64,000 bases of DNA from an uncultured bacterium (GTDB taxonomy: Bacteria > Omnitrophota > Gorgyraeia > Zapsychrales > Aceulaceae): positions 4,174-68,173 of the forward strand of contig CALGLP010000015.1 of assembly GCA_937930175.1 (NCBI GenBank), written 5' to 3'. Below are positions 59,305-64,000 of the stretch, piece after piece. Each line of letters starts with the position of its first letter. The first letter of the stretch is position 1. The notes under the pieces are model-generated. The model was not told where the DNA came from. It saw only the letters and a list, made by a program, of their open reading frames with translations, and did no database searches. The position numbers and the translations under genes were made by a program.

Positions 59305-60393
59305 TTAAGAAAACCTTCGGCTGATGGCTTTAAACCCTTTAAGCTCCATCTTAAACTCATCACGGCTATCCGAAGCCTGGGAGGCTACTTCTTCGGTCAC
59401 GATGCCATCACGGACAAGCTGGGCTAAGGTCTGTTTAAAAGATTTCATGCCAAACAACTCTCCATCATCAATAAACGATTGGATGTCACGCGGTTTTTGT
59501 TCACGAATAAGCCGAGCGATCGTTGGCGTAACCACCATAGATTCATAAGCCGGAACGCGACCCGTAAGATCTTTACGCAACAGAAGCCTTAAAGAAATCG
59601 TCCCTTTAAGCAACAACGAAAGCTGCAAACTTATTTCGGCCTGCAGATGCACAGGGAAAAAATTTAAAATACGCTCGACGGTCTGAACCGCATTATTAGT
59701 ATGAATCGTAGCAAAAACCAAAGCGCCCAGATCCGCGGCTTGGAGCGCTGCCTTCATCGTTGCCTCATCACGGATCGTGCCCACAAAAATAACATCCGGA
59801 CTTTGCTGCGTCGCATGGCGCAAAGCCACAGGATAAGAAAAGAAATCAATATCCAGCTCCCGCTGATTGAGCATGCTTTTCTTGTTCGCGAACAAATATT
59901 CAATAGGATCTTCTAAAGTCAAAATATGCTTTTCTTGATGCTCATTAATATATTCAAGCATGCTCGCGATCGCGGTTGTCTTACCGTTACCGGCAGGGCC
60001 ACAGGTCAAGATCAAGCCTCGCGATTCACCGCAAAAGCGCTCAAAAAGCTTGACAGGAAGATTTAGCTCCATAAATGACTTGGTTTTATTGCGTACATAT
60101 CGCGCAACCATCGCTGGGCTGCCCCGCTGAAAAAAAAGATTAATACGAAAACGGCCTACCTCAGGATCAATATAGATAAAATCCGCATCGCGTACTTCAT
60201 AATACTTATCCCTCTTCCTCGCATCCAGAAGAAGGCTCTCGATAAGTTCATCCATTTCCTTAGCTTCAATTTTTTCATCAGAAAGAAAATGAATAACACC
60301 GTTGATGCGCACACGCGGTGGTGTATGAACCGCAAAAAAGAGATCCGAAGCTTCTTTTTCGCACATCATCTTAAAATATTTCTTAAGTTTCAT
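59305..60393 (-). CDS. pilT: PilT-family type IV pilus retraction / secretion ATPase
   Basis: Walker A GPAGNGKTT; PilT-like ILTLEDPIEY and His-box regions. Confidence 0.8.
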   Translation of the reverse strand: MKLKKYFKMMCEKEASDLFFAVHTPPRVRINGVIHFLSDEKIEAKEMDELIESLLLDARKRDKYYEVRDADFIYIDPEVGRFRINLFFQRGSPAMVARYVRNKTKSFMELNLPVKLFERFCGESRGLILTCGPAGNGKTTAIASMLEYINEHQEKHILTLEDPIEYLFANKKSMLNQRELDIDFFSYPVALRHATQQSPDVIFVGTIRDEATMKAALQAADLGALVFATIHTNNAVQTVERILNFFPVHLQAEISLQLSLLLKGTISLRLLLRKDLTGRVPAYESMVVTPTIARLIREQKPRDIQSFIDDGELFGMKSFKQTLAQLVRDGIVTEEVASQASDSRDEFKMELKGFKAISRRFS

Positions 60394-60480
60394 AAATAAG
60401 CTCCTGGTTTATAAAACGTTTTAGATGAACACGCAAGCGTTTATCAATGTAAATAACAAGCGCAAAGATTCCTTTTGAAA

Positions 60481-60834
60481 TCATTTTACCTTAAAACAAG
60501 TATCTCGCGAATGATTTTCGACAAAATTGCTGATCACTTCTTTTTCAATGCTAAGCAATTGCCTTTTTGTTTTTACTCCAAATGCAAATCCACCCAAAGC
60601 CCCATCTTGAGCTATCACGCGATGGCATGGGATCAAAAGCGGAAACGGATTTTGATGTAACGCTTGACCAACAGCACGCTGCGCCTTAGGATGTCCTACC
60701 TTTTTAGCAACCCAGCGATAAGACCTAGTCTCTCCTAAGGGAATCGTGCTCACGACCTTCAAAACCCGCCATTCAAAGGCGGTTAATGCTCGTCTTTTCT
60801 TATTCGCGATTTTAAACGTGATAGCTGTTGCCAT
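60481..60834 (-). CDS. ogt: Methylated-DNA–protein-cysteine methyltransferase, DNA-binding/catalytic domain only
   Basis: IPCHRVI active-site motif plus helix-turn-helix. Start set at MATAITF to avoid a 65-nt overlap with uvrC. Confidence 0.7.
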   Translation of the reverse strand: MATAITFKIANKKRRALTAFEWRVLKVVSTIPLGETRSYRWVAKKVGHPKAQRAVGQALHQNPFPLLIPCHRVIAQDGALGGFAFGVKTKRQLLSIEKEVISNFVENHSRDTCFKVK

Positions 60835-60841
60835 ATGTTTC

Positions 60842-62086
60842 TTAATCAAAAACCTTTTTAGACCGCAGGCTACGATGATACCCGATTGCAAAACGGTGGG
60901 CTTCATCCCGGATACGCTGAAGCAGTTTAAGACCTAGAGAATTCTGACCCAAAACAAATGCCCCCCGCCTTCCCGGAAGGAAAACTTCCTCTTCGCGCTT
61001 AGCAATCGAGATAAGAGCAACGTTGACATCGAGCTTGTCTAATTCTTTTTTGGCCGCTGAAAGCTGACCCTTGCCGCCATCCACAAGGATCAAATCAGGA
61101 AAAAGCACCCCTTCCTTTTTGAGCCGTTGATACCGGCGACGGACGACTTCCGCGATCATCTGAAAATCATCAATACCGTCCACCTCCCGGATACGAAATC
61201 GACGATAGTTGCTTTTGTCAGGAGAACCATTGAAAAATGACACCATCGATCCCACCGCTTGATTACCCATCGTATTAGAAATATCAAAGGCTTCGATACG
61301 CTCAGGAACACGCGCTAGGCCCAGGACAAGTTTTAGCTGCTCGGCCTCCTTATAATAATTGATATCCTTGGTCCCTGAATACAAAGCGCCAACCGCCCGG
61401 ATTTGATCTCTTAAAATCGCGGCTTTTTCAAATTCTTTTTCTTTTACATACGCCTCCATTTCAAGACGAAGGCTGCGATAAAGCGCGTCTTTGCTTCCCT
61501 CTAAAATAAGCCCAACATGACGAATAATCCCTTGATACTCTTTCCTGCTTATCTTTTTAACACAGGGCGCATCACAAAGTCCGATATGATGATCCAAGCA
61601 AGGTGTCTTTGGCATCACACGGCAAGAACGATAATGAAAAATACGGCGCACAATAATCAAGGCTTCACGGATAAGCTTGGCATTCACATAAGGGCCAAAA
61701 AGCCTCCCAGATTCCTGCGAAGACTTTCTTCGAGAAGGCCGAACCACCTCCACGCGCGGATATGGTTCATCGGTAATCAAAATCGATGGATAGCTTTTAT
61801 CATCACGCAGCTCGACGTTGTATTTGGGATGATATTTCTTGATCAGGCTTGCCTCAAGCAAAAGCGCCTCAGCCTCGCTTGTGGTCAAGATCCAGTCGAC
61901 CTTTTTGATGGCCGCCACAAGGGCATCGGTCTTTGAAAATGCTCCTTGTGATTTGCGAAAATACGACTGTACGCGCTTACGCAAACAAATAGCCTTGCCC
62001 ACGTAGATCACGTTATCATCGGCATCTTTCATCAAGTACACGCCGCTTGAAAGCGGAAGATGTTTTAAAACTTCTTGGATATCCAT
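60842..62086 (-). CDS. uvrC: Excinuclease ABC subunit C, compact form (GIY-YIG + UVR + RNaseH-like endonuclease; no C-terminal (HhH)2)
   Basis: GVYLMKDADDNVIYVGKA (GIY-YIG), EFEKAAILRDQIRAV (UVR), and AFDISNTMG, LILVDGGKGQL and IRDEAHRFAI in the endonuclease domain. Only 414 aa. Confidence 0.75.
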   Translation of the reverse strand: MDIQEVLKHLPLSSGVYLMKDADDNVIYVGKAICLRKRVQSYFRKSQGAFSKTDALVAAIKKVDWILTTSEAEALLLEASLIKKYHPKYNVELRDDKSYPSILITDEPYPRVEVVRPSRRKSSQESGRLFGPYVNAKLIREALIIVRRIFHYRSCRVMPKTPCLDHHIGLCDAPCVKKISRKEYQGIIRHVGLILEGSKDALYRSLRLEMEAYVKEKEFEKAAILRDQIRAVGALYSGTKDINYYKEAEQLKLVLGLARVPERIEAFDISNTMGNQAVGSMVSFFNGSPDKSNYRRFRIREVDGIDDFQMIAEVVRRRYQRLKKEGVLFPDLILVDGGKGQLSAAKKELDKLDVNVALISIAKREEEVFLPGRRGAFVLGQNSLGLKLLQRIRDEAHRFAIGYHRSLRSKKVFD

Positions 62087-63633
62087 TGTAAGAGTTTCTG
62101 GGCTTGAGAAATCTTAAGCACAAAACACATCGGAAAGAAAACGAGAACGGCCGTTAAGACAACCATCATAAATTTAACAAGTTCACTTGAAATCGGCGCA
62201 AACGTCCACACAAGAAAACACCCTGCCCCCATCGCAAGCGAGGCCATAAAAACTTTACTCGCATGTTCAAGCAACCCATCACCAAATCCCTTGAGCCGTG
62301 CACTCAAGACCATGAACAAAATAAAGAAATCAATGCCCGCGGAAATCGAACTCGCCAACGCAATCCCACCGACTTTAAGCGGCCCCATCAAAACAAAATT
62401 AAGTGTCGCGTTCATGACCAGACACAAACCAGCAACCTTGGCTGGCGTAACCGTATCCTGAAGAGCATGAAAACCCGTCACCATCACCTTGATCCCTGCA
62501 AACCAAAAAAGCCCCAAGGCATAAAATAAAAGCGCCTGCGACGTGATCGACGTTGAATACACATTAAAAGCCCCGCGCTCAAAAAAGAGACGAATGATCG
62601 GCGTTGAAAAAAGAACAAGAAAGACCGTGGCCGGCAACATCACAAGAAGCATGCTCTTAAGACCGAAAACCAGGGTCCGCTTAAAATCCTCCATGTTGCC
62701 CCGCGCTGAAAAACCCGAAAGCGTTGGCAAAATCGCGTTGGCGAGCGCGACACCAAAGATCGCCATAGGAAATTGCAGAATTCGATTGGAATAATAGATC
62801 GCGGAGATGCCACCAGGGCCTACGGCAGATGACAAAGACGCACAAAACGTATCAATAAAAACCGTGAGCTGATAAATCGCAGATCCGAAAAGCCTAGGCC
62901 AGAGAAGTCGCCCAACCTTTTTCACTCCAGGATGATGAAACGTCTTGGGCCTGCTAAAGCGAATCCCCTTACGCGCAATTGGAATAACATGAACGGCAAG
63001 CTGCAAGACTCCCCCGACAAGGACGCCCAAGGCCAAACAAAAAACAGGATCAAGGGCTACTCTCGTCGATACAAAGGCGCTTGCAATGATCGCAAGGTTT
63101 AAAAGACAGGGGCTAAACGCAGGAATGAGAAACGAGCGGAAAATAAAAAGAACACCCATGCCATAGGCAGTCAACCCAATAAAAATAAGATAAGGAAACA
63201 TCAAACGTGTTAAATGGATCGTGAGGGCAAGCTTGGGGGGATCTGTTACAAATCCCGGCGCAATCAAAGGCACCACCATGGGAGCAAAAACAATCCCCAC
63301 GAGCGTGATCAAGCTCAGGGCCATCAAGATCAAAACAAAAACAGTACTCAAAAATGCTGCGAGCTCTTTTTTATCCTTATCCACGTATTCCGCAATCACC
63401 GGAACCACAGATGAGTTCATCCCGCCTTCCCCAACAATATCCCTAAACAAATTAGGAATACGAAAAGCCACAAAAAAGGCATCCGCGCGAAACGATGTTC
63501 CTAAAAATTTCGCCAAGATCATATCGCGCATAAAACCCAACGCTCTCGAGGCCAAGGTTCCCAAGGACAGCGTTGAGGTTGTTCTCACAATCCCTAAATT
63601 ACTATCATGCTGAGAATATTTATTAGTTGACAT
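62065..63633 (-). CDS. murJ: Lipid II flippase MurJ (MviN)
   Basis: 14-TM MurJ/MviN sequence (LGTLASRALGFMRDMILAKFLG...). Confidence 0.9.
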   Translation of the reverse strand: MSTNKYSQHDSNLGIVRTTSTLSLGTLASRALGFMRDMILAKFLGTSFRADAFFVAFRIPNLFRDIVGEGGMNSSVVPVIAEYVDKDKKELAAFLSTVFVLILMALSLITLVGIVFAPMVVPLIAPGFVTDPPKLALTIHLTRLMFPYLIFIGLTAYGMGVLFIFRSFLIPAFSPCLLNLAIIASAFVSTRVALDPVFCLALGVLVGGVLQLAVHVIPIARKGIRFSRPKTFHHPGVKKVGRLLWPRLFGSAIYQLTVFIDTFCASLSSAVGPGGISAIYYSNRILQFPMAIFGVALANAILPTLSGFSARGNMEDFKRTLVFGLKSMLLVMLPATVFLVLFSTPIIRLFFERGAFNVYSTSITSQALLFYALGLFWFAGIKVMVTGFHALQDTVTPAKVAGLCLVMNATLNFVLMGPLKVGGIALASSISAGIDFFILFMVLSARLKGFGDGLLEHASKVFMASLAMGAGCFLVWTFAPISSELVKFMMVVLTAVLVFFPMCFVLKISQAQKLLQWISKKF

Positions 63634-63681
63634 GAATTTTTCTCTTTGCTATATTAACGCCTTACAGAAAGGAGAACTTTT

Positions 63682-63945
63682 ATGCCCCAACGACGTTCCG
63701 GCATTCAAGAGCTACGCTTAACTCAAAAAAAGCATTTACACAATCTCAACATCAAAACCGACCTTAGAAAGACGATCAAAAAGTTTACGGCCGCTATTGC
63801 CGCTAAGAACCTTGAAGAGGCCAAATCTCTTTTGAACATTGTCTATAAAAAGATCGATAAGGCGACTAAGCGCAATCTTCTCAAAGCCAACACGGCCTCA
63901 CGAAGAAAGTCCCACTATAGCCGTCTTATGGCAAGCATAGCTTAA
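63682..63945 (+). CDS. rpsT: 30S ribosomal protein S20
   Basis: 87-aa basic protein. MPQRRSGIQELRLTQKKHLHNL...KRNLLKANTASRRKSHYSRL matches S20; this is the conserved murJ/rpsT divergent arrangement. Confidence 0.9.
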   Translation: MPQRRSGIQELRLTQKKHLHNLNIKTDLRKTIKKFTAAIAAKNLEEAKSLLNIVYKKIDKATKRNLLKANTASRRKSHYSRLMASIA

Positions 63946-64000
63946 TTACCAAAACTTCCAAAGCGTATTCCGGTTTTAGCTGGCTTCGCTTGATATTAAA

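Overview
This is a bacterial chromosomal segment with about 50 genes, compact and mostly housekeeping, but with several accessory insertions. GC content is moderate (about 45%). The gene content (many TPR membrane proteins, a TIGR04073 'exosortase-associated' protein, DUF4143 ATPase, PilT, PilZ, a giant S8/FG-GAP protein) is compatible with a PVC/Omnitrophota-like lineage, but that is a guess. The recognisable core is: a response regulator, a B12-radical-SAM enzyme, a Zn-alcohol dehydrogenase, a PIF1/RecD helicase, an osmoadaptation locus (CPA2 antiporter fused to PTS-EIIA, a GH15 enzyme, OtsB, MscS, and an unusually long OtsA with an N-terminal membrane-sensor/HAMP module), tRNA-fMet, ftsB-eno, an FtsH-like protease with a lipoprotein, a glycosyltransferase, lepB, purN with an MFS transporter, tRNA-Thr and tRNA-Phe bracketing a small islet, hppA, an lpxL-like gene, lnt, secA, prfB, pilT, ogt, uvrC, murJ and rpsT. 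The prfB gene carries the canonical CUU-UGA-C +1 frameshift site, which the ORF track missed. The features I consider most worth follow-up are: (1) a GC-rich palindromic repeat family (core CCCCGYGGGTR) whose copies pairwise bracket two single-gene cassettes, a DUF4143 ATPase and a repeat-domain lipoprotein; (2) two tandem roughly 41-nt hairpin elements next to tRNA-fMet whose stems differ by compensatory substitutions; (3) att-like 42-bp direct repeats plus a 19-nt tRNA-3'-end fragment beside tRNA-Thr; (4) a membrane-sensor–HAMP–OtsA fusion embedded in a trehalose/ion-flux locus; (5) a DUF1016_N domain fused to a staphylococcal-nuclease domain instead of the usual PDDEXK nuclease. No CRISPR array, rRNA, integrase or transposase was seen. 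Coordinates I derived by hand-counting may be off by 1–2 nt.
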